DNA of 31,418 bases, taken from IMG/VR virus record IMGVR_UViG_3300042196_000044, positions 1 to 31,418 of that record; one strand, written 5' to 3'. The stretch comes from a virus. Taxonomy: Duplodnaviria > Caudoviricetes. The notes under the pieces are model-generated. The model worked only from the letters and a program-made list of their open reading frames with translations. It was not told the DNA's origin and searched no databases. This document shows positions 1-7,958 of the stretch, piece by piece; position 1 is the stretch's first letter; each line of letters begins with the position of its first letter. The translations under genes were made by a program, and so were the position numbers.

Positions 1-53
1 AATCGGCCGTCCCGAATCCGAAGCTCAATGGCAAGAGAATCCAAGCTGCTCAT
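1..53 (-). CDS. Possible 5' end of a hypothetical protein running off the window (MSSLDSLAIELRIRDGR...)
   Basis: ATG at 53, 11 nt after the stop of the upstream gene, preceded by a G-rich SD-like tract; frame open to the window edge. Confidence 0.35.
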   Translation of the reverse strand, partial: MSSLDSLAIELRIRDGR

Positions 54-64
54 CCCCAGTTCCC

Positions 65-271
65 CTATCTCTCCGGGCACCCTTCCGCCCTGATGTCCGT
101 CGCGCCGAGCCAGTCTAAATTGTCGATCATGTCCCGTTCCAACTGCTGACACTGCAACGCGGAATGGGCCTCGACCTCGAAGGTGACTTTCGACTTGACC
201 CCACTCGTAAACGAGCCGGTGTACACGGCGGTGACGATGAGGAGGTAGGCGAGAACGGGAAGGCCGCTCAT
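65..271 (-). CDS. Small protein with an N-terminal hydrophobic helix, hypothetical
   Basis: ATGA overlap with the upstream stop (268-271) and GGAGG SD; MSGLPVLAYLLIVTAVY hydrophobic segment; two Cys. Confidence 0.6.
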   Translation of the reverse strand: MSGLPVLAYLLIVTAVYTGSFTSGVKSKVTFEVEAHSALQCQQLERDMIDNLDWLGATDIRAEGCPER

Positions 272-861
272 CGTGCCCTCCATCCGCTTCGCAGCGGGCG
301 AAAGATATTGTTCAGGCTGTCCGGGACCAGCTTGCCATCGGCCGTAAGCTCGAAGCGCATCGCCGTCTTCTCTTGCCCGTTGGCCGTCAGTTCAAGGCTC
401 GTCGTCGCGATCTTCTTCATGCTGGCCTTGCCGGGTGTGCCGGTATTGACGCTGACCTCGACATGCACGCGCTGCGGGACGATGGGGCAGCGGTAGCAGT
501 GAATGTTGACGATGTACTCGCCCGGCGTGATGCCCCTCGTGTACCCGTTCTCGTAATTGAGCGGTGTGGCGTCGGGCCTGTCCCCCAGATCGTCCCGGAG
601 CAGGTCGAACAGGACGCCGCTCTTGTTGGAGTAGCCTATCGGCTTGATCTCGCCGGGGCCGTAGAGCCATAGGTCGATGTCCGTGTCGCCTTCCGGCCAG
701 GTTATGGCGACGATGAGGTTGCCGGGCGGGTCGGCTTCGGCGTTTTCTGCAGGCGGGTTTATATGCGGCAGAAGCCAGACAATCATTGCAATGAAGCCGA
801 GCAAGACGAGGAATAGGAAGTCAATGAAGACCACCACGCCCCGCTGGTGGTTGCGCCGCAT
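268..861 (-). CDS. ExbD/TolR/MotB-like single-pass membrane protein with a C-terminal YfaP/DUF2135-like domain
   Basis: N-terminal TM helix VFIDFLFLVLLGF with the Asp typical of ExbD/TolR/MotB; motifs WPEGDTDIDLW, RDDLG, NYEN, GEYIVNIHCY; start overlaps the stop of the MotA/TolQ-like gene. Confidence 0.7.
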   Translation of the reverse strand: MRRNHQRGVVVFIDFLFLVLLGFIAMIVWLLPHINPPAENAEADPPGNLIVAITWPEGDTDIDLWLYGPGEIKPIGYSNKSGVLFDLLRDDLGDRPDATPLNYENGYTRGITPGEYIVNIHCYRCPIVPQRVHVEVSVNTGTPGKASMKKIATTSLELTANGQEKTAMRFELTADGKLVPDSLNNIFRPLRSGWRAR

Positions 862-1418
862 CAGTCGCGAACCTCATCGGGCGGGACCAACAAGCGATTG
901 CACCAATACGTGTTCAACGCCGTCTGGAGCATCCGCATGTTGATGCTGTGCCAGAGCGCCAGGGACGCCCCGAGAAGTGTGGTTCCGATTGCCGTGGCCA
1001 TCCCCGCCATGAGTGATGCAACCGCCGCCTGAGCCCCCGTGGCGGATGCTATGGAGCCACTGTCGATGCCGGACAGGGCGATGACGAAGCCGACAAGCGT
1101 TCCGATCAGGCCAAGGCGCACTAGATACTCGGCCACGTCGTCTAGCCATGCTATCTTGCCGAGGTCCTTATCGGCGTCGGGGATTGCCGCAGACTGCGGG
1201 CCGTTTTCCTCACTCCCGTTCATGTCGCACGAGGCAACGAGAATTTCTTTCGCTACCCATATCCAACCGATGACGAATAGCCCGGCGATGCCAAATGAGA
1301 TGTACGATTGGTCGTTTGCGAATACGGGTTCGATCAGGCCGTGAAGGGCGAGCGCGGCGACAAGCGCAATGAGGCCGACATTCACGATGACGAATCGATA
1401 GATCAACAAACTACGCAC
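861..1418 (-). CDS. MotA/TolQ/ExbB proton channel family membrane protein
   Basis: Four hydrophobic segments; LGLIGTLVGF and GMATAIGTTLLG match the family TM motifs; probable GTG start at 1418 overlapping the end of the HNH gene. Confidence 0.8.
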   Translation of the reverse strand: MRSLLIYRFVIVNVGLIALVAALALHGLIEPVFANDQSYISFGIAGLFVIGWIWVAKEILVASCDMNGSEENGPQSAAIPDADKDLGKIAWLDDVAEYLVRLGLIGTLVGFVIALSGIDSGSIASATGAQAAVASLMAGMATAIGTTLLGASLALWHSINMRMLQTALNTYWCNRLLVPPDEVRD

Positions 1419-1905
1419 TGTCTCTATCCCCCATGTGCGACCAGACCTGCCCACTCAGAACGCGACTTATGTGCGGTTGGCAAACACCGAACTGGTCGGC
1501 TATCCTGTACTGGGAAACGCCTCTCTTACTTAAAGCGAACACCTCCCTGACATCGGCGGCCGACAGCTTGGCATCGGCTCTGTCCTCGCCCCGTACGGAC
1601 CGCCCCTTCCGCATCATATCAGCCATGTTTTCGTTATGCGTACCCGTAAAGAGATGGTCCGGATTTACGCACGCGGGCTGATCGCACTTGTGGCAAAGAA
1701 ACAAACCGTCGCTGATCGCCGGGTAACCGCACAATTGCCACGCCACCCGATGTGCCAGTGCGATCCCGCTCCCGCGTGGTCCTAAATTGATTACGCCATA
1801 TCCTCGCTGGTTGGTTGCGGCAGTCCATAGCCAACAACCGCCATCAGACGTCTTGATGACTTTCGGCCAGAACCGTTCAGCCAATGGTCGTGGGGCAGGT
1901 GGCAT
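1411..1905 (-). CDS. HNH homing endonuclease with C-terminal HTH
   Basis: RFWPKV..CWLW..GYG..AHRVAW..CHKCDQPACVNPDHL..GTHNENMADM; C-terminal SQYRIADQFGVCQPHISRV helix-turn-helix. Confidence 0.9.
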   Translation of the reverse strand: MPPAPRPLAERFWPKVIKTSDGGCWLWTAATNQRGYGVINLGPRGSGIALAHRVAWQLCGYPAISDGLFLCHKCDQPACVNPDHLFTGTHNENMADMMRKGRSVRGEDRADAKLSAADVREVFALSKRGVSQYRIADQFGVCQPHISRVLSGQVWSHMGDRDSA

Positions 1906-2240
1906 CAGCTATCCGTCCCCGGTATCGGCGGCTCAATGTCGGTCCAGTTCTGGCCGGCGGCGAGCACGCAACTGACCCCCTTCGGATCGGTGACAATGAC
2001 GGTCCATGTGCCGCGCGCGTCTGAGACGAACAGTTCGGCAAGGGCCTTGGCGCTCACCAGCCCCATGCTCCGACGCTTCTCCTGGTATTGGCTCGCCAGC
2101 GTGGCGACTACCGTGGCGCGCTCCGCGCATGGCGCGCTTGGCCCCTGCGCCTGAGCCGCTTCAGATATGGCGAACACAGCCAGCACAAAAGCAAGATTGA
2201 GAAAGGTGGCCGTGGCGAAGACCCGGAGAATGCGTCGCAT
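1905..2240 (-). CDS. Secreted/periplasmic hypothetical protein of a type common in Alphaproteobacteria
   Basis: ATG at 2240 with AAGGGGG SD; signal peptide ending AAQA; C..R..VV..L...Y.E....GL...ELF.S...GTWT...T.P.G.SC..A.G..W pattern with two Cys. Confidence 0.75.
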   Translation of the reverse strand: MRRILRVFATATFLNLAFVLAVFAISEAAQAQGPSAPCAERATVVATLASQYQEKRRSMGLVSAKALAELFVSDARGTWTVIVTDPKGVSCVLAAGQNWTDIEPPIPGTDS

Positions 2241-2256
2241 GGTGGCCCCCTTGACA

Positions 2257-2329
2257 ACTTGCCAACTTTGTATCATACACCAGTTGCCAAAACAAGAGGC
2301 TTGGCAGCTTTTCAACAGGCGGTTATGGT
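2257..2329 (+). promoter_or_regulatory. Divergent control region: sigma70-like promoter for the RHH gene overlapped by TTGCCAA repeats
   Basis: TTGGCA (2301-2306), 17 nt spacer, TATGGT (2324-2329), 8 nt before ATG 2338; AGTTGCCAA-N10-TTGGCAGCT inverted repeat (2282-2309) plus another ACTTGCCAA at 2257. Confidence 0.5.
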
Positions 2330-2337
2330 CCCGCCCC

Positions 2338-2496
2338 ATGAAGGAACCGCAATTGACGGCTCGCATTCAGCTTGTGGTCGCGCCCGAGACGCTGACCCGG
2401 ATCGACAACTGGCGTCGTGATCAGGAGACGATCCCCAATCTTTCGGAAGCGGTCAGGCGCCTTCTTGAGCGTGGGCTAGAGGTTGAAGGCAAATGA
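2338..2496 (+). CDS. Ribbon-helix-helix (CopG-like) transcriptional regulator
   Basis: MKEPQLTARIQLVVAPETLTRIDNWRRDQETIPNLSEAVRRLLERGL fits the alphaproteobacterial RHH pattern IDxWR..Q...P..SEAxRRL.E.GL; no SD, probably leaderless. Confidence 0.8.
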   Translation: MKEPQLTARIQLVVAPETLTRIDNWRRDQETIPNLSEAVRRLLERGLEVEGK

Positions 2497-2987
2497 TCGC
2501 CGCCGCGAAAGAGCTGCCCACTGTTTCCTACGTTTATGTGATCGGAGCCAACGATGGTCCGCAGAAGGTGGGCTTCTCAACCAACCCTGCAATCCGGTGC
2601 CGCAGTTTTGGTGTGGGGCGCTACAAGGTCCACCACGCACATGAGGTCTACACCAGAGATGCGCGGGCTATCGAACGGTATGCCCACTGCCTGCTGTACG
2701 AACACCACTTCAGGGGTGAATGGTTCAACGTCTCGCCTTGGGATGCCCGCGTTGCCATCGTGGACGCCGTGCTGGCGATCCTTCGCGGCGAGAAAGCCCC
2801 TTTCGTGCCAATGCTGGCCAAGCGACGCGTCGGGGCAGGCAGGAACTCGCTTCTGGGCGTCCGGCTGGACGACGCCGAGCGCAAGGCGCTGGCAAGTGCC
2901 GCCGAGAAACGCGGGCTGGGCGTTTCGCCGCTCGTCCGCATGGTCCTGCTGGCCTGGCTCCGGGCGGAAGGCTTCCTGGAGGACTAA
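2493..2987 (+). CDS. GIY-YIG (T5orf172/MUG113-like) protein with a C-terminal RHH-like domain
   Basis: YVYVIG..KVGFSTNP..R, IERYAH, RGEWF motifs; C-terminal LGVRLDDAERKAL..AA...G..VS.LVR; ATGA overlap with the RHH gene. Confidence 0.8.
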   Translation: MIAAAKELPTVSYVYVIGANDGPQKVGFSTNPAIRCRSFGVGRYKVHHAHEVYTRDARAIERYAHCLLYEHHFRGEWFNVSPWDARVAIVDAVLAILRGEKAPFVPMLAKRRVGAGRNSLLGVRLDDAERKALASAAEKRGLGVSPLVRMVLLAWLRAEGFLED

Positions 2988-3000
2988 CCCTCCGGCCCGT

Positions 3001-3204
3001 TCACCGGAACAGGCTCGGCAGCATACTCGCCGCCAGCCCGCCCACCGTGGCCGAAACCCCGACGATGAACAGCAGCGCCTTTTTCCCGCCCCGCACCGTC
3101 AGCAATGCATCCCTGATCTCGCGGACATCGCAGCGCATCCCCTTCATGTCCTTTTCCATCGCAGTCATGCGGGCGTCCAGCGCGCCGAGTTCGCGTTCGG
3201 TCAT
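3001..3204 (-). CDS. Small coiled-coil protein with a C-terminal TM helix (holin/XhlA-like)
   Basis: MTERELGALDARMTAMEKDM... heptad pattern followed by LLFIVGVSATVGGLAASML; lies directly after the tail fibre gene. Confidence 0.6.
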   Translation of the reverse strand: MTERELGALDARMTAMEKDMKGMRCDVREIRDALLTVRGGKKALLFIVGVSATVGGLAASMLPSLFR

Positions 3205-3317
3205 GGGGTTGTCCACTTCATGGAGATGGAGTCCAGAGCTGGTTATAGGCATGGCCGAGCCCGTCGGAGCGCGGTCACCTGCGAATGCAGGCGCTATCGG
3301 CGTCCGGCCCGTTCGGC

Positions 3318-4553
3318 CTAGTTCTGCCCGATGACGTAGAGCGTCCCGGCGGACCAAGACTGCCCGCTCGTAAGCACTACCTTCAGTCTGTCGTACGCCT
3401 TGGCATTTATCGACTGTCCTGACATTGTAGCGCAACCAGCACTATACTGTTCATCCCCGCGATGTAGGCTTGGGGCGGCGATGTTGAAATTGAATATACT
3501 AGCTGTCCAGAACACCGCACTAGTGTCGAGATTGGCCCCCCCAAAAAAGCCATCCCCAGTTGAAATCGTATCCTGCGCTGCGTTGATAAGAGCGCGCCGA
3601 TACAGGTTGGTGATGTCGTAACCACCGCTGTCCCCTAGCTGAATAAGCTCTGCACTCGCGCCGGACCTCGACGCATTGACCATGACGAGGTGAATGGTCG
3701 AATAGCCGCCGAGGTCGGTGGTCTCGATCTCGGTCGGTGAGCCGGAAGAGAGGTCGTGCGTCGCGATCAGCGTCGCGCCGCTACCGCCGCCGGCCAGCGT
3801 CACGGTAGCCGTGCCGTCGCTGTCCTGGGCTACGTCGAAATCGGCCGCGTCGAAATTAAGATTGCTGACCGGAGCACCAAGCGCGACGCCACCTTCCTCG
3901 ACTATGATGTTGGAGCCGGCGCCGGTCGGTCCCTGCGCTCCTGTATCGCCCGTTGTACCCTTGGTGCTGGCGATCAGCGTCCAGCCATCGCTGCCGAGGT
4001 GCTGGTATATGTCGCCTTCGCCGGTTCCGTCAGACGTGCCTTGGTCAAAGTAGAAGTCATTTTCGAGACCGAGGCCGGGGTCGGGCTCGCCCGCGCCGGT
4101 GTACCATGTGGCTCCGTCAGTGCCGTTCGTCCCGTTTGTTCCGTTCGCCCCATCAGCACCATCCGCGCCGGCACCGATCATGAAGTGATAGTAATCACCG
4201 TCGCTATTGGCTTCCGCCGCGCTGAACGTCGCCTCGCTGGTGTGGTCCTGCAAGACGAGATAAACGCCGTCGCCGGTGACCACCACGACATCGTTCTCGA
4301 AATAGACCGTGGCGCCAGCCCATTCGCCGCGCCATGCGAATATCGCTGTCGGCAGCGTGAATGTGTATTGGGTGCCGTCGTCCAGAATGATCCTGATCTG
4401 CGACTGGCTCGGCTGCGTGACGTTGGCGATGCCGTTGGCGTCGGGCGGATTGGTCTCGACCGTCGTGACCCGGCCGTCAAGATCGGAAATATTCCCGTCA
4501 TGCTCGGCGACCGTCAAAGGCCCGCCTTTGACGCTGACATAGGTAATTGTCAT
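3318..4553 (-). CDS. Tail fibre / receptor-binding protein with collagen-like segments
   Basis: WRGEW...Y..NDVV....VYLVL.DHTS carbohydrate-binding-like module; G-X-Y runs GADGADGANGTNGTNGTDG and GTTGDTGAQGPTG; last large gene of the tail module. Confidence 0.75.
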   Translation of the reverse strand: MTITYVSVKGGPLTVAEHDGNISDLDGRVTTVETNPPDANGIANVTQPSQSQIRIILDDGTQYTFTLPTAIFAWRGEWAGATVYFENDVVVVTGDGVYLVLQDHTSEATFSAAEANSDGDYYHFMIGAGADGADGANGTNGTNGTDGATWYTGAGEPDPGLGLENDFYFDQGTSDGTGEGDIYQHLGSDGWTLIASTKGTTGDTGAQGPTGAGSNIIVEEGGVALGAPVSNLNFDAADFDVAQDSDGTATVTLAGGGSGATLIATHDLSSGSPTEIETTDLGGYSTIHLVMVNASRSGASAELIQLGDSGGYDITNLYRRALINAAQDTISTGDGFFGGANLDTSAVFWTASIFNFNIAAPSLHRGDEQYSAGCATMSGQSINAKAYDRLKVVLTSGQSWSAGTLYVIGQN

Positions 4554-4559
4554 GTGGGG

Positions 4560-5279
4560 TTATTCCTCAACTCGCTCACCGAGCAATACAATCCGCAGCG
4601 GGCAGTTAAACTCAGCGGAACCGAAAGTCCTGACGCGCGGGGTTGTGTGTATTCCTATAAGTCTGAATGCGCTTCCCGCCACATTTGCAATTATGGTCGG
4701 CAGCACGTCCACAGCCTGCGCCGCCCAGCTTGCTACGGATGACGTATCGCCACTCAATTCCGCAAGCATGGCCGACAGCGATTCGGTGGACTTGACGCAG
4801 ATCGGCCCACCGCTATATGGCACAGCTAATGTTTCTGCCTGCGCTGTCGACGCAGCTGTAAACACATCACCATTCGGTGTCGGGATTGCCAGCGGATCGC
4901 CCGTGGAAGGTGTCCATCGCCCCAGATTGGACGAACCCGGCAGCCCAAGCGGCGTGAATATCTCCCATGCATCGAACGGATATGCTGCTGATTGAGCCGG
5001 TATGGTGTGAACTATGGTCTCTACACTCCACACATCGTTCCGCCTGGCATAAGAGAGGTCCAGATCACGCTGATAACTGATTTGCGTGGCGTAATCGTCT
5101 CCGTAAACCGCGGGCGGCGGGTCTTCCGTGCCGTCCTCGCACAGCGTCACGTCCACTCCTGTCACCGTGGGACGCAGGATGAACTCAAGCGCCACATGCG
5201 TCGGCGTCCGCGGCCACCCCACCTCGACAATCGCCTGCCACGGATCGAGAACAGCCGGGTTGCTCAAACTGCCAGGCAT
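4560..5279 (-). CDS. Hypothetical tail-tip protein
   Basis: Coupled to upstream gene (TGATG); N-terminal LDPWQAIVEVGW; position between tail tip genes and fibre. Confidence 0.6.
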   Translation of the reverse strand: MPGSLSNPAVLDPWQAIVEVGWPRTPTHVALEFILRPTVTGVDVTLCEDGTEDPPPAVYGDDYATQISYQRDLDLSYARRNDVWSVETIVHTIPAQSAAYPFDAWEIFTPLGLPGSSNLGRWTPSTGDPLAIPTPNGDVFTAASTAQAETLAVPYSGGPICVKSTESLSAMLAELSGDTSSVASWAAQAVDVLPTIIANVAGSAFRLIGIHTTPRVRTFGSAEFNCPLRIVLLGERVEE

Positions 5280-5674
5280 CAGGCACCAGCCGGGAAGTCG
5301 GCAAAGATCGGCCGGTTGTCCAGTTGCACCTCACTGCCATTAGGACGCCGATACCGCGCCTGCTTGATCCGCTTGGTAATGACGTACTGTTCCGAGTCCG
5401 CCGGGTTCTCCACCCGCACATCCTCAAGCTCCCACCACACGGCAAGGTATGTCTGGAGCGCCTCGTCCTCCGGCGGATTGTCAGGATTGCCACCGGGAAA
5501 CGTGACCGTAACTCTCGACGTGGCCTCGAAGTGATCGAAGTCTGCCGGGCCGCCGATGCACAGAGACGCCTCGGTGTCTTCGCCCGGCGCGCGCCGCCGC
5601 TTGACCAGGCGCTCGACGAGCCGCTGGGTGCGGTCGGCGTAAAAGTCCACCAGGATGTCAGACGCAATAGTCAT
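5279..5674 (-). CDS. Hypothetical tail-tip protein
   Basis: ATGA overlap with upstream gene; VRVENPADSEQYV motif; position in tail module. Confidence 0.65.
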   Translation of the reverse strand: MTIASDILVDFYADRTQRLVERLVKRRRAPGEDTEASLCIGGPADFDHFEATSRVTVTFPGGNPDNPPEDEALQTYLAVWWELEDVRVENPADSEQYVITKRIKQARYRRPNGSEVQLDNRPIFADFPAGA

Positions 5675-7524
5675 GCCGAACTCGCCGCTTCGGTGTCATA
5701 GGTCTTGGGCACCATCAACTGAGACACCGTGACAGGAACAGCAGTCTCAAACGGTCCCGTATTGAGCGGCACCAGATTGATGCAGAACTCGGTATAGATC
5801 GTGTTCAGCGCAGCTTCGACGTGCTTCTTGTCGTTGTAGAAGGCCACATCCAGAATAGCCTCCTGCTCGTTCTGTCCGCCGTTCACCGTGATCAGGTTCC
5901 CGTCGCTGTCGGGGATCAGCACATGGGCTGGCGTCATGCCGAAAAAATTCACCCCGTCGTCATTCGGCTCGACGGTGAAATCGTCATAGGTGACGGAGCC
6001 GGGAATCGGCATGATCGTCGCCCCGCTATACGTCTGGATACCGGGCTCGAACACGCCCTCTTCGGCATAGTCCGGCGTACCCGCGACAGCAGACACAGTG
6101 TTGCCCTGTCCTATCGTGCAACCCAGCTTAACCGTGGCTCCGAATTGTCCGCTATTGGTGTCGCCGTAGAGTTCATAGGCGATGATCTTGCCGGTGGCCT
6201 CGCCGCCTGGAATACGCTCGTCGGACACGGTTGCATTCTTGCGCAGGCTGAAATCGATCCCGGTGAGCAGATCGGTTTCCGCCGTGACCTCGACAGCCCT
6301 GGCGCGAAGCAATATGTCCCGACGCGCCCGTGCGATCAGCCATTGCAGTGATTCCTTGCCGCGATTGGTGGTGAAATAGGAACGCCGCCTGAGATCGCCC
6401 AAAGGCGTCACGCCGTCCGGATTGTCACTGTCCGCCGGTTCGACAGGCTCTCCGACATGAGCCGAGGCGAATACGAGCGTTTCGGGCGGCTGTTCATCGG
6501 CCTCGGTATCTATCGCCTGCACATCCGCTGTGAGCGTGAATGTCACGATCTCTGTGAAGGTTCGCTCAGCGGCGTAGGTGATGTTGAGCACCGGCCAGAA
6601 GCGCCACAACGGGAATTGCACTTCGGGCCGGTCGTAGAGAATCTGTGTCCCGCTGTTGGTGATGATCGACGGATACATCGTAATGAGGCTAAAGAAAGCT
6701 TCCGCGATCCCGTCACCGTCGGCCCGCGTCAGGCTGCTTTCGCCCACCGCCCATCCAGCCCCGATGCGCCGACCATCTTCCGGCCACAACCGCTCCAGGG
6801 CTTCGCCGGTGTAGGAGCTGATCTTGTAGTTAGCGCTGGTGCCGGCGTCCTTGAAGGCATCGATGAGCGTCTGGGTCAGGTCCACCGATCCGACTGCCCG
6901 CTGTTGCCACCCAACCTCGCCGGTGACATTAATCTCGCGGATCGGCGGCTGGCCGGGCTCGATGTTCACCCCATCGATGAACACGTCATCGCCGGTCAGA
7001 TCGATTGTGCCGTCCTCGCCGGAGTTGAAATCGCTGATCGTCACGTCGTGAGTAACACGATCAATATGCCACGCCGCAGCGCGTGCATCGAGCGCGGCGT
7101 CCGGTTCGTCCCATCGTTCCTCGGCGATCCACACCCGATCCCAGTAGGGCGCGCCCTCCGCTTTCAGCGTAGTGGCAAGGGCAAGCTTCTGTGCGTCATA
7201 ATCGGACGGGCGGGCGCGAAACGTAAACGTCACCTCTTCCTGGTGCATATTGTCGGGCACGGCACGAAGCCGGCCGAAGAACAGCGGCACAATGCCAGAG
7301 CCGGTATCCCACGAGAACCAGGCCCACTGTTCGCGGCCCGGCGCCAGTGGCCCGATGCGAGGATTGCGCATCGTCACTTCGAGCAGAGCAAAAGAACCCA
7401 ATATGTCTTCAACATGACGAATGCGGAACGTTATGCCATCGATCTCGTCAACATCTGTGGCGTGGTCCAGTTCGACGAACGCGGTGCCGGCCGCCACCCA
7501 TGCGAAGTAGAACGGGCCGGCCAT
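5671..7524 (-). CDS. Large tail-tip / baseplate hub-like protein
   Basis: 617 aa, MAGPFYFAWV start, acidic and beta-rich; second gene after the tape measure, the usual Tal/hub position. Confidence 0.65.
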   Translation of the reverse strand: MAGPFYFAWVAAGTAFVELDHATDVDEIDGITFRIRHVEDILGSFALLEVTMRNPRIGPLAPGREQWAWFSWDTGSGIVPLFFGRLRAVPDNMHQEEVTFTFRARPSDYDAQKLALATTLKAEGAPYWDRVWIAEERWDEPDAALDARAAAWHIDRVTHDVTISDFNSGEDGTIDLTGDDVFIDGVNIEPGQPPIREINVTGEVGWQQRAVGSVDLTQTLIDAFKDAGTSANYKISSYTGEALERLWPEDGRRIGAGWAVGESSLTRADGDGIAEAFFSLITMYPSIITNSGTQILYDRPEVQFPLWRFWPVLNITYAAERTFTEIVTFTLTADVQAIDTEADEQPPETLVFASAHVGEPVEPADSDNPDGVTPLGDLRRRSYFTTNRGKESLQWLIARARRDILLRARAVEVTAETDLLTGIDFSLRKNATVSDERIPGGEATGKIIAYELYGDTNSGQFGATVKLGCTIGQGNTVSAVAGTPDYAEEGVFEPGIQTYSGATIMPIPGSVTYDDFTVEPNDDGVNFFGMTPAHVLIPDSDGNLITVNGGQNEQEAILDVAFYNDKKHVEAALNTIYTEFCINLVPLNTGPFETAVPVTVSQLMVPKTYDTEAASSA

Positions 7525-7955
7525 CAGATTTCCTCACATTCAATCTCCCAGCCGATGGAGGCTTCCCACTCGGCATTGGTGACCGGGCAAGCCATGACCA
7601 TCATCGAAAAGCTGGGGCGATAGTAGGTGTAGTCTCCTTCGGCCCGCGACGAGCCGGACACGACGGAATGTGCCGGCGATTCCGTCGCAGTGAGGTACGG
7701 AATTTCCGTGGCGCAGTTGACGGTGACGATGGAACCCTTGCGCAGGCCGTTTATCTTGGGCGCCCGCTGATCGGTGCAGGTGATGATCAGCCGAACCTTC
7801 TGCAACTGGCTCGGTGCCAGATTGCGCAGCGTGCCGTTCAGCGTGCGGCGTGGATAAAGCGCCGCCTCGATGTCATCGAATGTTTCGCTGAGTCCGCGCG
7901 CCGAATAGGGCGGAAGTCCACCGCCTGAGATGGTCAGAAGGGTATCGACTGCCAT
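7524..7955 (-). CDS. Distal tail (Dit-like) protein
   Basis: Immediately after the tape measure; PPYSARGL...RRTLNG.L..L motif; ends WEIECEEI. Confidence 0.65.
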   Translation of the reverse strand: MAVDTLLTISGGGLPPYSARGLSETFDDIEAALYPRRTLNGTLRNLAPSQLQKVRLIITCTDQRAPKINGLRKGSIVTVNCATEIPYLTATESPAHSVVSGSSRAEGDYTYYRPSFSMMVMACPVTNAEWEASIGWEIECEEI

Positions 7956-7958
7956 CTC

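Noticed and set aside
268-1418. Zorya ZorA/ZorB defence system
   Set aside because: No long ZorA cytoplasmic tail, no OmpA-like domain in the B subunit and no ZorC/D/E recognised; the nearby HNH looks like a homing endonuclease. Only the general motor-pair similarity is retained.
2251-2276. Perfect TTGACA with TATCAT as a plus-strand promoter
   Set aside because: Spacer is only 14 nt; the TTGGCA-17-TATGGT pair downstream fits better.
2554-3435. ORFs 2554-3321, 2720-3334 and the long form of 3001-3435
   Set aside because: They overlap better-supported genes and have Arg/Pro/Ala-rich off-frame composition; only 3001-3204 looks like a real protein.
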